Shown here piece by piece: positions 1-11,657 of a stretch of DNA of 64,000 nt; positions within the stretch are counted from its first letter, which is position 1; the number at the start of each line of letters is the position of its first letter. The stretch is from Desulfatiglandales bacterium (GTDB lineage: Bacteria > Desulfobacterota > DSM-4660 > Desulfatiglandales > Desulfatiglandaceae): assembly GCA_963662465.1 (NCBI GenBank), contig OY759599.1:5024001-5088000 (forward strand), in the 5' to 3' direction. Under the pieces are notes generated by a model that had not been told where the DNA came from, searched no databases, and worked only from the letters and a program-made list of their open reading frames with translations. The position numbers and the translations under genes are program-made.

Positions 1-60
1 AAAAAGCTTTAAGTTTTCACGTCGGCACAACCTGCATGAAGAATCCGTATATCTAGCCAA
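1..60 (-). CDS. rpsD: 30S ribosomal protein S4, N-terminal 20 codons (runs off the window edge)
   Basis: Manual translation from TTG at 60: MARYTDSSCRLCRRENLKLF; AGGAGG SD upstream; follows rpsK. Not in ORF track. Confidence 0.93.
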   Translation of the reverse strand, partial: MARYTDSSCRLCRRENLKLF

Positions 61-158
61 GCTAGCCCCTCCTACCTTCCGTACTTATGTCTGATGTTCA
101 TTGTTTTGAACCGGCATTTCCATGATTCAACGAAAAATGATACTCAAATGATAATTTT

Positions 159-554
159 TTAGACCCTTCGCCTTTTCGGAGGCCGACAACCGTTATGGGG
201 TATAGGAGTGACATCCCGGATCATCGTAACGGTAAATCCATCAACCTGTAGCGAACGAAGAGCGGACTCTCGACCCACCCCAGGCCCCTTTACACGAACC
301 TCAGCCACACGCATACCTTGATCCATGGCTTTCCTGAGTGCATCACGCCCAGCAATCTGAGCAGCAAAGGGCGTACTTTTCCGTGAGCCTTTTATGCCAC
401 CCCGACCTGCACTTGATTGCGCTACGACATTACCGCTCGGATCCGTGATGGTGACAATGGTGTTATTGAAAGTGGACTGAATATGAACAATCCCCGTCGG
501 GACATTTTTTTTCTCCCGCTTGGACCGACTTTTCTTTTTTTCGGTTCTTGCCAT
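159..554 (-). CDS. rpsK: 30S ribosomal protein S11
   Basis: [38 protein letters not shown] motifs; alpha-operon position. Confidence 0.98.
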   Translation of the reverse strand: MARTEKKKSRSKREKKNVPTGIVHIQSTFNNTIVTITDPSGNVVAQSSAGRGGIKGSRKSTPFAAQIAGRDALRKAMDQGMRVAEVRVKGPGVGRESALRSLQVDGFTVTMIRDVTPIPHNGCRPPKRRRV

Positions 555-569
555 GCTATTCCCTCACCT

Positions 570-941
570 CTATTTCTTCCGTTTCCCCATCACTGCCCTT
601 CTGGGGCCCTTTCTTGTCCTGGCATTCGTGCTGGTTCTCTGCCCCCGGACCGGTAATCCGCGCCTGTGTCTTAAACCTCGATAGAGGCGCAAATCCATAA
701 GCCTCTTGATGTTCATGGATACTTCTCGCCTTAGATCGCCCTCAACGGTATGCTTTTCATCGATGATCTTTCGAATACTGGCAATCTGTTCAGAGGTCAG
801 CTCATCAGACTTGATATCCCAATCGATACCCGCCTCGGAGAGCATTTTCTGGGAAGAAGACCTCCCGATGCCAAATATGTACGTCAGAGCAATCTCTATC
901 CTCTTTCCTCTTGGTAAATCGACGCCTGCGATCCTTGCCAA
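570..941 (-). CDS. rpsM: 30S ribosomal protein S13
   Basis: [27 protein letters not shown] motifs. Confidence 0.98.
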   Translation of the reverse strand: MARIAGVDLPRGKRIEIALTYIFGIGRSSSQKMLSEAGIDWDIKSDELTSEQIASIRKIIDEKHTVEGDLRREVSMNIKRLMDLRLYRGLRHRRGLPVRGQRTSTNARTRKGPRRAVMGKRKK

Positions 942-1028
942 TCTATAGCTCCTCTTTTCACGCCTTTTGTTCTATCAACAGCGTACAGCCCTGCCCACTC
1001 AGCCATTGGACTGTTACCTATAGGGAAA

Positions 1029-1145
1029 TTATTTTCCCTGCCTCTGCTTATGACGAGGGTTCTCGCATATCACACGAGTGATACCGTGTCGCCGAATAAT
1101 CTTGCAGTTCTTGCACATTTTTTTTACTGATGGTCGCACTTTCAT
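1029..1145 (-). CDS. rpmJ: 50S ribosomal protein L36 (Zn-ribbon form), 38 aa
   Basis: Manual translation [38 protein letters not shown]; below the ORF-track cutoff. Confidence 0.97.
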   Translation of the reverse strand: MKVRPSVKKMCKNCKIIRRHGITRVICENPRHKQRQGK

Positions 1146-1199
1146 AACCGCACCTACTCCTTAGTAATAGTAAGACAATGTCAATCATCATTCTATTTA

Positions 1200-1418
1200 C
1201 TACAACGCTCTATAAATAATCCGTCCTCGGCTCAAATCATAGGGAGATAATTCTATTGTAACCACATCACCTGATAAAATTTTTATAAAATTTTTCCTCA
1301 TTTTTCCAGAGATGTGACCCAGTACCCGATGACCATTTTTCAGTTCAATTCGAAACTGTGCATTTGGGAGCGTCTCAATCACAACCCCTTGAACTTCAAT
1401 GGATTCATCTTTACCCAT
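1200..1418 (-). CDS. infA: Translation initiation factor IF-1
   Basis: [35 protein letters not shown]. Confidence 0.98.
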   Translation of the reverse strand: MGKDESIEVQGVVIETLPNAQFRIELKNGHRVLGHISGKMRKNFIKILSGDVVTIELSPYDLSRGRIIYRAL

Positions 1419-1515
1419 GGTTTTAATCCTGCGGGTTGAACTACTTTTTCAAAACTGCCAAACAAAATACCCCACAACTCGCTGGAATCCAAATTTTCAC
1501 CCTAGAAAAATAAAA

Positions 1516-2829
1516 CTACCTCGTTTTACCGAAGCCCTTTTTCATAAAGCCTTCATAATGACGCGTCAGCATATGGGACTCAATCTGATTTGTGGTGTCC
1601 ATTGCAACGCCCACAACGATCAGAAGAGCAGTGCCCCCAAAATAGAAAGGTACATGCGCGTGATAGATCAAGATATTGGGCAAAACGCATACAGCTGAAA
1701 CATAAATGGCACCGGAAAAAGTCAGTCTTGTTAAAACGCGATCGATATACTCTGCCGTATTTTTCCCAGGCCTGATGCCCGGAATAAATCCACCCGAACG
1801 TTTCATATTATCAGCAACATCAACAGGATTAAAATGAACCGCCGTATAGAAATAGCAGAAAAAGAAAATAAACGTCACATAAATTGATGTGTAAACGATA
1901 TGTCCGGGCGCCAAAGCATTGACAACATGCTGGAGCCAGGGATATTCCTCAACGCTCAAAAAATTGGCAATGGTCGCGGGGAACATGATGATGGAAGAAG
2001 CGAAAATCGGTGGAATAACGCCGGCAGTATTGACTTTTAAGGGAAGATGCGTCGTCTGTCCCCCATACATCTTTCGTCCCACCACTCGCTTTGCATACTG
2101 CACGGGAATCCTTCGCTGTCCACGTTCAACAAAAACGATAACACCCACCACGACGATCATCAAAACCAAAATGAGCGCCATAAAAAAAGGCGTCACCTCT
2201 CCAGTTCCCATGAGTCTGAAGCTGTTCATCACCGCCACAGGGAGCCCAGCCACAATCCCCGAAAAAATAATCAGAGATATGCCATTTCCAATCCCTCTCT
2301 CCGTGATCTGCTCTCCCAGCCACATTAGAAATGAAGTCCCCGCCGTAAGGGTAATAACGGTTAAAACACGAAATCCCCAACCACCAACGGGCACCACCAT
2401 CACACCACCGGGGCTGGTCATGTTCTCGAGACCGACTGCAATGCCAAACCCTTGAATAACGCTGAGGATCACGGTCCCATATCGTGTATATTGCGTAATC
2501 TTTTTACGGCCCTGTTCTCCCTCTTTCTTTAGTTTTTCAAGATAGGGAACAACAACGGTCATCAGCTCTAAAATAATAGAAGCACTGATATAGGGCATAA
2601 TCCCAAGAGCCATAACCGACATCTGACTCAACGCACCGCCCGAAAACATGTCAAATAGTCCAAAAAGAGTTCCCTGCCTGGCGCCGAAAAAAGCCGCCAA
2701 TGCCGCGCCATCAATTCCAGGCGTTGGGATATGGCACCCCACCCGGTAAACAGCAAGCATCAGCAGAGTAAACAGAATCTTTTTCTTCAACTCAGGGATC
2801 TTGGGAATATTCTGCAGGCCACCAATCAT
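1516..2829 (-). CDS. secY: Preprotein translocase subunit SecY
   Basis: [42 protein letters not shown]; multiple hydrophobic segments. Confidence 0.99.
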   Translation of the reverse strand: MIGGLQNIPKIPELKKKILFTLLMLAVYRVGCHIPTPGIDGAALAAFFGARQGTLFGLFDMFSGGALSQMSVMALGIMPYISASIILELMTVVVPYLEKLKKEGEQGRKKITQYTRYGTVILSVIQGFGIAVGLENMTSPGGVMVVPVGGWGFRVLTVITLTAGTSFLMWLGEQITERGIGNGISLIIFSGIVAGLPVAVMNSFRLMGTGEVTPFFMALILVLMIVVVGVIVFVERGQRRIPVQYAKRVVGRKMYGGQTTHLPLKVNTAGVIPPIFASSIIMFPATIANFLSVEEYPWLQHVVNALAPGHIVYTSIYVTFIFFFCYFYTAVHFNPVDVADNMKRSGGFIPGIRPGKNTAEYIDRVLTRLTFSGAIYVSAVCVLPNILIYHAHVPFYFGGTALLIVVGVAMDTTNQIESHMLTRHYEGFMKKGFGKTR

Positions 2830-2889
2830 TCAATTATCTCATATTATGATTTTGTAAGGGAACCATCCGGCGTATTAAAGCCTAAAAAA

Positions 2890-3330
2890 CTAGAGAATTT
2901 CTACCCTTCCTCCAGCGCCCTCTATTTTCTTTCTTGCCGATTCACTGATTTTATGGATTCGGACCACCAAGGGATGAGAAATCTCGCCGCTGCCAAGCAA
3001 CTTAACACCATCCAACATCTTCCATACCAGGCCCGCCTGTTTCAAAGTATCCGGATCCAATTGAGAATCAGGTTCAAAGCGACCTAAGTCGCCGACATTG
3101 ACAACGCTGTACTCTTTCCGAAAAGGATTTTTAAAGCCACGCTTCGGTAGGCGCCTGTGTATAGGCATCTGCCCCCCTTCGAAGCCGGGTCGAATCCCCC
3201 CGCCGGATCGGGATTTCTGCCCTTTATGCCCCCGGCAGCTGGTTTTACCATGCCCCGATCCGGGCCCTCTCCCGACTCTCTTCCTTGCCCGTCTTGACCC
3301 TTCCGCGGGTGAAAGCTCATTAATTTTCAT
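2890..3330 (-). CDS. rplO: 50S ribosomal protein L15
   Basis: RVGRGPGSGHGKT, GFEGGQMPIHRRLPKRGF. Confidence 0.98.
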   Translation of the reverse strand: MKINELSPAEGSRRARKRVGRGPGSGHGKTSCRGHKGQKSRSGGGIRPGFEGGQMPIHRRLPKRGFKNPFRKEYSVVNVGDLGRFEPDSQLDPDTLKQAGLVWKMLDGVKLLGSGEISHPLVVRIHKISESARKKIEGAGGRVEIL

Positions 3331-3348
3331 TCCCTTTCCCCATCTTTC

Positions 3349-3525
3349 TCAACCAACTTTTACCAGGAACGAAACTTTGTTAATCATACCCCTGATCGCT
3401 GGTGTATTTTTCAACTCTACGGACTTCCTCAATTTGATCAGGCCGATCCCTCTCAAAGTATCTCGAATCTTTTTGTTTTTACCTATGCCGCTTTTTACAA
3501 GGGTAACTTTAATAGTTTCTTTCAT
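3349..3525 (-). CDS. rpmD: 50S ribosomal protein L30, 58 aa
   Basis: Manual translation [15 protein letters not shown]...[18 protein letters not shown] between rpsE and rplO; not in ORF track. Confidence 0.96.
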   Translation of the reverse strand: MKETIKVTLVKSGIGKNKKIRDTLRGIGLIKLRKSVELKNTPAIRGMINKVSFLVKVG

Positions 3526-3593
3526 GGCTTAGACTCTCTTACAAAAGCGTTGGAAACAAATTCAATCGCATAATCCGCTTCCAGTATTTTAAA

Positions 3594-4115
3594 TTATTGA
3601 ACCGGTGCGTTATCTGCCCCAGCGCCCGCGTTTTCCAGGACCTTTCCCCTTCGGGACATGATCTCAACCGGATCTCGCAACGACCTTAATCCTTTAATGG
3701 TGGCTTTTACGATATTATGTGCATTATGGGAACCCAGACATTTAGTCAGAATATTCTGAACCCCAGCCGCCTCCAAAACAGCGCGAACGCCACCTCCGGC
3801 GATAAGACCCGTACCCGGCCCTGCCGGCTTCAGAAGAACACGACCCGCTCCCCATTTCCCAATGACCTCGTAAGGAATAGAAGTTTCATGCAAAACCACC
3901 ATGTTCATATCCCTCTTGGCCTTCTCAACGCCCTTTCTTATGGCCTCAGGCACCTGATTTGCTTTACCAAGTCCACAACCGACCGTTCCATTGCCATCAC
4001 CCACAACGACGATAGCGCTAAAACTGAACCGTCGGCCACCTTTTACAACCTTTGCCACCCGGTTAATGTGGACCACCTTTTCAATTAGCTGAACTTCATC
4101 ATCTCCCTCAAACAA
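3594..4115 (-). CDS. rpsE: 30S ribosomal protein S5
   Basis: [25 protein letters not shown]. Confidence 0.98.
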   Translation of the reverse strand: MFEGDDEVQLIEKVVHINRVAKVVKGGRRFSFSAIVVVGDGNGTVGCGLGKANQVPEAIRKGVEKAKRDMNMVVLHETSIPYEVIGKWGAGRVLLKPAGPGTGLIAGGGVRAVLEAAGVQNILTKCLGSHNAHNIVKATIKGLRSLRDPVEIMSRRGKVLENAGAGADNAPVQ

Positions 4116-4244
4116 TGGAACTCTCCCTACCTTTCGTCAGAAACCGCATTTCGGCCCACAAACCCGTGTTCCTTAAACCGGATGAGGACCCCCAAGACTT
4201 AAATCCGTTTCCCTCGGTTGCAAAAAACCACGAGGCAATTAACA

Positions 4245-4613
4245 TCAAAACTGAAGTCCACTTTCCCTTGCCGCTTTTGATAGCGCTTCTACACGTCCAT
4301 GATATAAAAAACCATTTCTATCAAATGCCACTTTTTTAATTCCCTTTGCAAGAGCAGCAGTGCCTATGGCAGACCCAACAACCGAGGCGCCTTTTTTATT
4401 GCCGCTATCCTTGCCGACCTTCGAAAGAAGATCTTTTGACAGAGAAGAAACGGCAACCAGTGTTCTGCCCGTCGTGTCATCAATCACCTGTGCATATATA
4501 TGTTTTCCACTCCTGAAAACACACAAACGAGGTCTCTCAGCACTTCCCTTTACGCGCTTCCTGACACGCATTTTTCGCTTCAATCTTCTCTTAACACTAT
4601 TGTCGGCACCCAT
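4245..4613 (-). CDS. rplR: 50S ribosomal protein L18
   Basis: [30 protein letters not shown]. Confidence 0.98.
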   Translation of the reverse strand: MGADNSVKRRLKRKMRVRKRVKGSAERPRLCVFRSGKHIYAQVIDDTTGRTLVAVSSLSKDLLSKVGKDSGNKKGASVVGSAIGTAALAKGIKKVAFDRNGFLYHGRVEALSKAARESGLQF

Positions 4614-4649
4614 TTCGGAAACCCCTTCACCCTTAATTGCGCAATCGTT

Positions 4650-5189
4650 TTACTTGGCTCCAGCCTTTCCTGCCTTTCTCCGAATACTTTCAGAAACGTA
4701 CTTAACCCCTTTGCCTTTGTAAGGCTCAGGTTTTCTCAAACTTCGGATTTTAGCAGCAGTCCTGCCTAAAAGCTCTTTATCAATTCCGCTCAGCACGATC
4801 TTACTTTTATCCACAGTCGCATCAATCCCATCAGGAAGATCAAAACTGATAGGATTCGAATATCCCAGATTAAATACCGCTGTTCTACCGTTAAGCTCAG
4901 CCCGATAACCAACGCCGACAATTTCCAACGCCTTTTCAAATCCTTGGGTAACACCCGTGACCATATTTAAGACAAGCGCACCGAAAAGCCCATGAAGCGC
5001 CCGCGTTTCCCTTAGGTTATCCGTTGCGGAAACCAACAGGCTTTCACTATTAATTTCCACGCCAATCTTGTGATGGATACGACGTTGAAGTACGCCTTTC
5101 GGCCCTTTTACGGTCATCATGTCCCCATCAATCTTGACCTCAACATCCTTTGTTATTGGGATGGGCCGCTTACCTATGCGTGACATCAA
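4650..5189 (-). CDS. rplF: 50S ribosomal protein L6
   Basis: MSRIGKRPI, GVGYRA, PEPYKGKGVKY. Confidence 0.98.
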   Translation of the reverse strand: MMSRIGKRPIPITKDVEVKIDGDMMTVKGPKGVLQRRIHHKIGVEINSESLLVSATDNLRETRALHGLFGALVLNMVTGVTQGFEKALEIVGVGYRAELNGRTAVFNLGYSNPISFDLPDGIDATVDKSKIVLSGIDKELLGRTAAKIRSLRKPEPYKGKGVKYVSESIRRKAGKAGAK

Positions 5190-5227
5190 AAACCTCCAAG
5201 TTTTTGCATTTATTATACCTTAAGAAA

Positions 5228-5626
5228 CTACCAAACAGAGCAAAGAATTTCACCACCCAATTTTCGTTTGCGCGCCTCGCGGTCCGTCATAATCCCTTTG
5301 GAGGTCGAAACAACGTTTACGCCGTACCCATTTAAAACCTCAGGTATTTCATTATACCCCGAGTACACACGACAACTTGGCTTGCTTATTCGCTTTAGCC
5401 CCTCAATAACGGGAACGCCATTTTTATCAAATTTCAGAAATACCCTGATAAATCGATGCTGACCATCGGAAATTATCCTGAGATTCTTAATATAACCCTC
5501 TGATTTAAGGACATTGGCCAAATTGATCTTCAACTTGGAACTTGGAATGTTTACAAGTTCATGTGCCGCCCTCATCGCGTTTCGAATACGCGTCAGCATG
5601 TCAGCAACCGGATCCGTCATACCCAT
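5228..5626 (-). CDS. rpsH: 30S ribosomal protein S8
   Basis: [32 protein letters not shown]. Confidence 0.98.
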   Translation of the reverse strand: MGMTDPVADMLTRIRNAMRAAHELVNIPSSKLKINLANVLKSEGYIKNLRIISDGQHRFIRVFLKFDKNGVPVIEGLKRISKPSCRVYSGYNEIPEVLNGYGVNVVSTSKGIMTDREARKRKLGGEILCSVW

Positions 5627-5694
5627 CGTTCACTCTGCCCCCTGATTATTTGCAATCCAAGCCTGCCGGCTTCCGGATCGAAAAATTCCAAAAT

Positions 5695-5880
5695 TTACCA
5701 GCTTGATTTGACCACCCCAGGGAGTTCTCCTCTTGAGGCCATGCTCCTGAAACAGATACGGCAAATCCCGAATGTTCTTAAATAGGCCCTCCGTCGACCA
5801 CATATCGGGCAACGGTTGTACTGACGGCTCGAAAACTTTGGTTTTCGTTGGGCTTTTACAACAAGCGACTTCCTAGCCAA
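5695..5880 (-). CDS. rpsN: 30S ribosomal protein S14, short Zn-binding type Z
   Basis: 61 aa with CPICGR...[17 protein letters not shown]. Confidence 0.97.
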   Translation of the reverse strand: MARKSLVVKAQRKPKFSSRQYNRCPICGRRRAYLRTFGICRICFRSMASRGELPGVVKSSW

Positions 5881-5907
5881 AATAACCCCCTCTTTAATAC
5901 AACAACG

Positions 5908-6447
5908 TTAGTCTCGTAAAGGCATACCCAAATGCTTCAGCATAAAACGACCTTCTTCATCATTTCCAGCCGTAGTTACGATGGTAATATTCAGGCCTTT
6001 CATTCTATCAACTTTATCATAGTCGATCTCAGGAAAAACAATAAACTCTTTTATGCCAATGCTACAATTCCCTCTACCGTCAAAGACTTTACCCTTAATG
6101 CCCCTGAAATCGCGAACCCTTGCCAATGAAGCATTAAAGAGCTTATCCAGAAACTCATACATACGCTGCCGCCTGAGGGTAACCATGCAACCAATCGGCA
6201 TGCCTTCTCTAAGTTTAAACCCGGCAATGGACTTTTTCGCCTTGGTCACAACCGCTTTCTGACCTGCAATCGCACTCAACTCATTAACGCCGGCGTCAAG
6301 CACTTTAATATTCTGGATCGCTTCACCCAAGCCCATATTTAAAACAACTTTTTTTAATCGAGGCACTGCCATGCTGCTGGAATATTTAAACTCTTTCAGC
6401 AAAGCAGGCACCACTTCGGAATGGTATTTTTCCTTCAATCGAGACAA
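5908..6447 (-). CDS. rplE: 50S ribosomal protein L5
   Basis: [30 protein letters not shown]; start moved to TTG 6447 (MSRLKEK) after GGAGG. Confidence 0.97.
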   Translation of the reverse strand: MSRLKEKYHSEVVPALLKEFKYSSSMAVPRLKKVVLNMGLGEAIQNIKVLDAGVNELSAIAGQKAVVTKAKKSIAGFKLREGMPIGCMVTLRRQRMYEFLDKLFNASLARVRDFRGIKGKVFDGRGNCSIGIKEFIVFPEIDYDKVDRMKGLNITIVTTAGNDEEGRFMLKHLGMPLRD

Positions 6448-6561
6448 CGATTCACCCTCCAAGGTTTCAGGCTCCCTTCACCGGAACCTGAAAAACATTA
6501 GGTATCCCAACGGTGCGGACAGCAAGATTTAACACACCCTCTATCAATCAACAAACCCTGT

Positions 6562-6891
6562 TTACTTGTTTAAGGGCTCTCCGCATTTCTTACAAACACG
6601 CACCCTCGATCCATCTTCCAATACGCTCTTTCCGACACGCGTTGGTTCAGCACACTTGTCGCAAACGAGCATCACATTTGAAATTCTCAATGGCGCTTCT
6701 TTTTCGACAATACCGCCTTGTCCCAGTTGCGGATTAGGCTTGGAATGCCTTTTGATCATGTTGACCTTTTCTACAATCAACTTCTCCCTATCAACGTCAA
6801 CCTTCAAAACCGTGCCGATTTTCCCTTTTTCTTTTCCAACAAGCACAACGACTTTGTCGTCTTTTTTTATTCTTGGATGTTTTTTCCGCAC
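6562..6891 (-). CDS. rplX: 50S ribosomal protein L24
   Basis: KOW-like GKEKGKIG, GGIVEKEAPL; start moved to GTG 6891 after AGGAG. Confidence 0.96.
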   Translation of the reverse strand: MRKKHPRIKKDDKVVVLVGKEKGKIGTVLKVDVDREKLIVEKVNMIKRHSKPNPQLGQGGIVEKEAPLRISNVMLVCDKCAEPTRVGKSVLEDGSRVRVCKKCGEPLNK

Positions 6892-6948
6892 GCCAATTAC
6901 TCCTGACCTAAAATTCCCTGGTCCCACAAAATAAAAAATCAACCGCCC

Positions 6949-7317
6949 TTAAAGAACTTCCGGCGCCAGAGAAATAATTTTCATAAAATTCTTACCTCTT
7001 AATTCTCTCGCCACCGGCCCAAATATCCGGGTTCCTACAGGTTCGCTTGCCTGGTTGATCAAAACCGCGGAATTATCATCAAATTTAATATGGGACCCAT
7101 CAGGCCTTCGGATCTCCTTCGCTGTCCTGACAATGACCGCTTTGGCCACATCGCCCTTTTTTACTTTGGAATTGGGCATCGCTTCCCTAACTGCCACGAC
7201 AATGACATCGCCTACATAAGCATATCGCCTTTTGGATCCACCCAAAACCTTAATACAGGTGACAACTTTGGCTCCGGAATTATCAGCTATTCTTAATTTC
7301 GTTTCAGTCTGTATCAT
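6949..7317 (-). CDS. rplN: 50S ribosomal protein L14
   Basis: [29 protein letters not shown]. Confidence 0.99.
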   Translation of the reverse strand: MIQTETKLRIADNSGAKVVTCIKVLGGSKRRYAYVGDVIVVAVREAMPNSKVKKGDVAKAVIVRTAKEIRRPDGSHIKFDDNSAVLINQASEPVGTRIFGPVARELRGKNFMKIISLAPEVL

Positions 7318-7351
7318 TTGCTCAGCTCCGATGGATCAATATCACGCAATG

Positions 7352-7621
7352 CTAATCCGCAATATTTCCCTTCTCGATAATATCAGCCACAGCCCATCTT
7401 TTACACTTACTAATGGGACGACTTTCAACAATTCTCACTTTATCACCAATACCGCAACTATTCTTGGGATCATGAGCCATATATTTGGAACGTTTCCGCA
7501 CGTATTTTCCATAGGTCGCATGTTTTGTTAGCCGTTCGACCATTACCAAGACGGTCTTATTCGCCTGATCGCCAATAACAGTGCCAACCATTTTTCTTTG
7601 CTGTCCACGCTCTGCCATCAT
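7352..7621 (-). CDS. rpsQ: 30S ribosomal protein S17
   Basis: [24 protein letters not shown]. Confidence 0.97.
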   Translation of the reverse strand: MMAERGQQRKMVGTVIGDQANKTVLVMVERLTKHATYGKYVRKRSKYMAHDPKNSCGIGDKVRIVESRPISKCKRWAVADIIEKGNIAD

Positions 7622-7630
7622 TACCTCATG

Positions 7631-7834
7631 TTATTTACTAACACCTGAAATTTCCATTTCCCTGATCACCGTTTTAACACGCGCCAAATTCTTTTTTGTT
7701 TTGGGGATCATGGCCGTGTTTCCAAGCTGTCCGGTCGCCTTTTGAAATCGCAAATTAAAGAGTTCTTGACTCGTCTCCTTTACACGCGCCTTCAGCTCCT
7801 CAACGCTTAGCTCTTTTAGTTCCCTGGCCTTCAT
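7631..7834 (-). CDS. rpmC: 50S ribosomal protein L29
   Basis: ELFNLRFQKATGQL, ARVKTV. Confidence 0.97.
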   Translation of the reverse strand: MKARELKELSVEELKARVKETSQELFNLRFQKATGQLGNTAMIPKTKKNLARVKTVIREMEISGVSK

Positions 7835-7837
7835 AAC

Positions 7838-8248
7838 TTAACCTCTCCTGACGATGAATCTGGTGGCAAAAGGCAGCTTGTGCCCCGCAAGACGAAATGC
7901 CTCTCCCGCCACATCTTTCGTCACACCTTCCAGTTCATACAGGATACGTCCTGGCTTGACAATGGCAACCCAACCGTCCGGAGCGCCTTTACCCTTACCC
8001 ATCCTGGTTTCAGCCGGCTTCTTCCCAACAGGTTTATCCGGAAAAACACGTATCCAGACTTTACCCCCACGCTTGACATGCCGTGTCACCGCTATCCTGG
8101 CAGATTCAATCTGTTGCGAAGACATTAGTCCACACTCCATCGCCTGCAATCCAAACTCACCGAATTCAAGCGTACCCCCACGAAGTGCTTTTCCTTTAGT
8201 CCGACCCTTTTGCTTTTTACGATACTTGACTTTTTTTGGGCTAAGCAT
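7838..8248 (-). CDS. rplP: 50S ribosomal protein L16
   Basis: [18 protein letters not shown]. Confidence 0.98.
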   Translation of the reverse strand: MLSPKKVKYRKKQKGRTKGKALRGGTLEFGEFGLQAMECGLMSSQQIESARIAVTRHVKRGGKVWIRVFPDKPVGKKPAETRMGKGKGAPDGWVAIVKPGRILYELEGVTKDVAGEAFRLAGHKLPFATRFIVRRG

Positions 8249-8900
8249 CAGCTGTTCCTACTTTCTGTTTCTTCTCAGGTAAAATTTCACCCTTAAAGAT
8301 AGTTACCTTTACACCTATAACGCCATAGGTTGTGAAAGCCTCGGCAAATCCATAATCGATGTCCGCTCGAATCGTGTGAAGCGGCACTCGACCTTCACGG
8401 TACCACTCTCGCCGCGCCATCTCCGCCCCACCTAATCGACCACTACAGGCGATTTTAATCCCCTGGGCGCCAAATCTCAATGCCGAGGTAACGCTTTTTT
8501 TCATGGCCCTCCTAAACGCGACCCTGCGGACAAGCTGAGTCGCAACATTTTCCGCAACCAGCTGAGCATCAACCTCTGCTTTTCTCACTTCCTGAATATC
8601 GAGTATAACATCGCGCTTGATCATCTTTTCCAGATCTTTTTTCGTTTTCTCGATTTCAACGCCCTTCTTTCCAATCACAATGCCCGGTCGTGCAGTATGC
8701 ACTCTAATTCGAACCTTACTTGCGGCTCTCTCGATCTCAATCTTTGACACACCGGCCTGATAAACGCGTTTCTTCAAGAACTTGCGAATCTTATAGTCTT
8801 CATAAACAAAGGTGCTATAATCAGCTCCCGCAAACCACCTTGAATCCCAAGTCTTTATGATTCCCAATCTAAAACTGATTGGATGAACTTTTTGTCCCAA
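8241..8900 (-). CDS. rpsC: 30S ribosomal protein S3
   Basis: [28 protein letters not shown]. Confidence 0.99.
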   Translation of the reverse strand: MGQKVHPISFRLGIIKTWDSRWFAGADYSTFVYEDYKIRKFLKKRVYQAGVSKIEIERAASKVRIRVHTARPGIVIGKKGVEIEKTKKDLEKMIKRDVILDIQEVRKAEVDAQLVAENVATQLVRRVAFRRAMKKSVTSALRFGAQGIKIACSGRLGGAEMARREWYREGRVPLHTIRADIDYGFAEAFTTYGVIGVKVTIFKGEILPEKKQKVGTADA

Positions 8901-8954
8901 TATTCACCTCCAGTGTGTTCAAAAGAGCCTTTCGGTTAAACAACGACCCGGTTT

Positions 8955-9302
8955 CTATTTTTCATCCAAAACAACAGTTAAATGGCTGGTCCTCTTAAGT
9001 ATTTTAGTGGCTCGACCAAGAGCCCTGGGTCGCCATCTTTTCTGAGTTGGGCCCTCATCCGCATATATTTTCGAAATATAGAGGTTATCCACATCCATAT
9101 CCGTATTCTCCTGCACATTGGCTACTGCGGAATTAACCAATTTTTTGAGAATTTTGGCGCCTTTTTGAGGTGCAAAGGAGAGCAAACCAAGAGCATCTTC
9201 CACCTTTTCTCCCCGAACCTGCGCCATCACCAACCGTACCTTCTGAGGAGAAACCCTCACAAATCTTGCAACTGCCCTGACTTCCATATCAAATCTCGCC
9301 AA
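8955..9302 (-). CDS. rplV: 50S ribosomal protein L22
   Basis: RVSPQKVRLV, RPRALGRA, KRTSHLTVV; start may be a few codons downstream. Confidence 0.97.
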   Translation of the reverse strand: MARFDMEVRAVARFVRVSPQKVRLVMAQVRGEKVEDALGLLSFAPQKGAKILKKLVNSAVANVQENTDMDVDNLYISKIYADEGPTQKRWRPRALGRATKILKRTSHLTVVLDEK

Positions 9303-9414
9303 TCTTTCAATAACCCGGCTGGGTTATTCAATTTGTCGTTTCTCAACGGTTCAATGCTTATTTACAGGCCGTCACTGTCCCACTCATCGCACGGGCGCCT
9401 CGTAATTCCCCGTT

Positions 9415-9696
9415 CTAGCCCTTCAGTTTACTTTTCTTGTCCCCTGCATGACCATAAAAAGTTCGCGTTGGCGCAAATTCCCCCAACTTATGACCCACCA
9501 TGTCCTCAGAGACAAATACAGGCAAAAATTTTCTACCATTATGCACTGCAAAGGTCAACCCTACAAACTCAGGAAGCACCGTAGATCTCCGAGACCAGGT
9601 TTTTATGATCTTTCGACTCATTGTTTCCGCTGCTTGTTCGGCCTTCTTTAGCAAATGCCCATCAACAAATGGCCCTTTTTTGAGAGATCTTGGCAA
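9415..9696 (-). CDS. rpsS: 30S ribosomal protein S19
   Basis: [30 protein letters not shown]. Confidence 0.99.
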   Translation of the reverse strand: MPRSLKKGPFVDGHLLKKAEQAAETMSRKIIKTWSRRSTVLPEFVGLTFAVHNGRKFLPVFVSEDMVGHKLGEFAPTRTFYGHAGDKKSKLKG

Positions 9697-9766
9697 AGCA
9701 CCCCCTCCTCTTCCCTATTTTCTTTCCAAATGTTTGGATCACCAACAACGTTGAAACCACAAGAGC

Positions 9767-10591
9767 CTATTTAGAGCGGCGTTTAACAATCAATCTATCA
9801 CTGCTCTTCCGAACTCTGGTTTTATATCCTTTGGTCGGCACTCCCCAAGGCGTTACCGGATGTCGGCCCCCCGAAGATTTCCCTTCCCCTCCACCATGTG
9901 GATGGTCCACGGGGTTCATGGCAACTCCCCTTACATGCGGCTTTTTTCCTAACCATCGCTTTCGTCCGGCTTTGCCGATTGAAATATTCTCATGATCAAG
10001 ATTACCCACCTGACCAATTGTGGCTTTGCAGGCCAAAGGGATAAGCCGCACTTCGCCGGAAGGCAGTTTAACCTGTGCATATTTCCCCTCCTTGGCCATG
10101 AGCTGACAATAGCTGCCGGCACATCTTGCCATCTGACCCCCATGCCCGATGTTAAGTTCAATGTTGTGGACATGTGTACCCAAAGGAATGCTTTTAAGGG
10201 GCAACGCATTGCCAATTCGGATCTCGGATCCCTCTCCTGACATTAATTTATCCCCAATAAGGAGATTTTTGGGAGAGAGGATGTATCGCTTTTCTCCATC
10301 CACATAATGAAGAAGTGCAATATTGGCTGATCGATTGGGATCATATTCAATGAAAGCCACAGTCGCCGGGATACCCTCTTTATCCCGCTTAAAATCAATC
10401 AGGCGGTAGGCTCTTTTATGGCCGCCTCCCTTGTATCTGGCCGTAATCCGACCATTTGAATTCCTACCGCCGCTCTTATTAAGCGACCTTAGAAGACTCT
10501 TTTCAGGCCTCTTTCGCGTTATTTCCTCAAAGGTGGAAGTGGTCTGAAATCTCCTGCCGGGAGATGTGGGTTTACTGGATTTAATGCCCAT
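9767..10591 (-). CDS. rplB: 50S ribosomal protein L2
   Basis: [26 protein letters not shown]. Confidence 0.99.
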   Translation of the reverse strand: MGIKSSKPTSPGRRFQTTSTFEEITRKRPEKSLLRSLNKSGGRNSNGRITARYKGGGHKRAYRLIDFKRDKEGIPATVAFIEYDPNRSANIALLHYVDGEKRYILSPKNLLIGDKLMSGEGSEIRIGNALPLKSIPLGTHVHNIELNIGHGGQMARCAGSYCQLMAKEGKYAQVKLPSGEVRLIPLACKATIGQVGNLDHENISIGKAGRKRWLGKKPHVRGVAMNPVDHPHGGGEGKSSGGRHPVTPWGVPTKGYKTRVRKSSDRLIVKRRSK

Positions 10592-10651
10592 TCTTTGCTC
10601 CGAATCCCAAGTTGAAATTACATACGTATTTGTTCATTATTTTAATAGAAA

Positions 10652-10939
10652 TCACATGCCCTCGAAAAACTCGATGTTTTCGCCCGGAGCAAGCTGAACA
10701 ATGGCTTTTTTCCAATGAGGTTTTCTGCCCATATGCTTTCCCATCCGCCTGCTCTTACCGCGCATGTTCATTGTTCGCACATCCAAAACCTTTATCTTAA
10801 AGAGGGTTTCAACGGCTTGCCGAATCTCAACCTTATTGGCCTGTCTATGGACCTTAAAGGAGACCTTGTTCGATTCTCCCTTTTGAAGATTGGCTTTTTC
10901 GGTAATGTGCGGCTCCTTGATCACTTGATAGATATCCAC
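10652..10939 (-). CDS. rplW: 50S ribosomal protein L23
   Basis: PHITEKA, ANKVEIRQAVE, WKKAIV. Confidence 0.97.
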   Translation of the reverse strand: MDIYQVIKEPHITEKANLQKGESNKVSFKVHRQANKVEIRQAVETLFKIKVLDVRTMNMRGKSRRMGKHMGRKPHWKKAIVQLAPGENIEFFEGM

Positions 10940-11562
10940 TAGGACCCCAATGCCTCCTCTATCTTCTCAATAGCAACCCGCTCCAAAAAAAGGCTGTCAT
11001 AGTTCAGGATATCATAAACATTCAATCCCTCATATCGCATAACCTTTATCCTCGGCACGTTTTTAGATGATTTTTCAAGGTTTTCCGATTTACCATGGGT
11101 CACAATCAGCGCCTTACGGACATCAAATTGATTCATCGCCTCAACAAACCTTTTGGTCTTAATTTCCGGAAGGGAAAAGTCATCAATTACGATCAGCTGA
11201 TCACACAAAACCTTATCCGACAAGGCCATGCGCAGGGCAGCTTTTTTCACTTTTTTTGAGACCTTCTGATCATATTTACGTGGCGATGGTCCAAAAGCCA
11301 CACCGCCTCCCTTTCTCGTGGGAGACGAACCACTACCGACTCTCGCCCTCCCGGTGCCTTTCTGCCGCCAAAGCTTTGCACTGGAACATTTTACGGCGGA
11401 TCTGCTCTTTACCGTCGCAGTACCCGATCTACGCCCCGCCAATTGCGCAACGACGACCTGATGAAGGACATGTTTCTTGACTGGAACCGAGAATACTTCC
11501 TCTTTTAATTCCACTTCCGAGACTTTTTCTTTCTGCAAATTGTATACGTCCAAGACAGTCAT
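10939..11562 (-). CDS. rplD: 50S ribosomal protein L4
   Basis: WRQKGTGRAR, GGGVAFGP. Confidence 0.98.
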   Translation of the reverse strand: MTVLDVYNLQKEKVSEVELKEEVFSVPVKKHVLHQVVVAQLAGRRSGTATVKSRSAVKCSSAKLWRQKGTGRARVGSGSSPTRKGGGVAFGPSPRKYDQKVSKKVKKAALRMALSDKVLCDQLIVIDDFSLPEIKTKRFVEAMNQFDVRKALIVTHGKSENLEKSSKNVPRIKVMRYEGLNVYDILNYDSLFLERVAIEKIEEALGS

Positions 11563-11657
11563 TCGAGGCCTCTGCCTGCATGATTTATTTGAAAAACTAA
11601 AAAATTATCGCTCATTTCTTAAATGATCTGATCCGACCCAGCCATACAATCGTCAGC

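Noticed and set aside
159..941. Slightly atypical residues in S11 and S13
   Set aside because: Frames are intact; divergence cannot be distinguished from sequencing error without reads.
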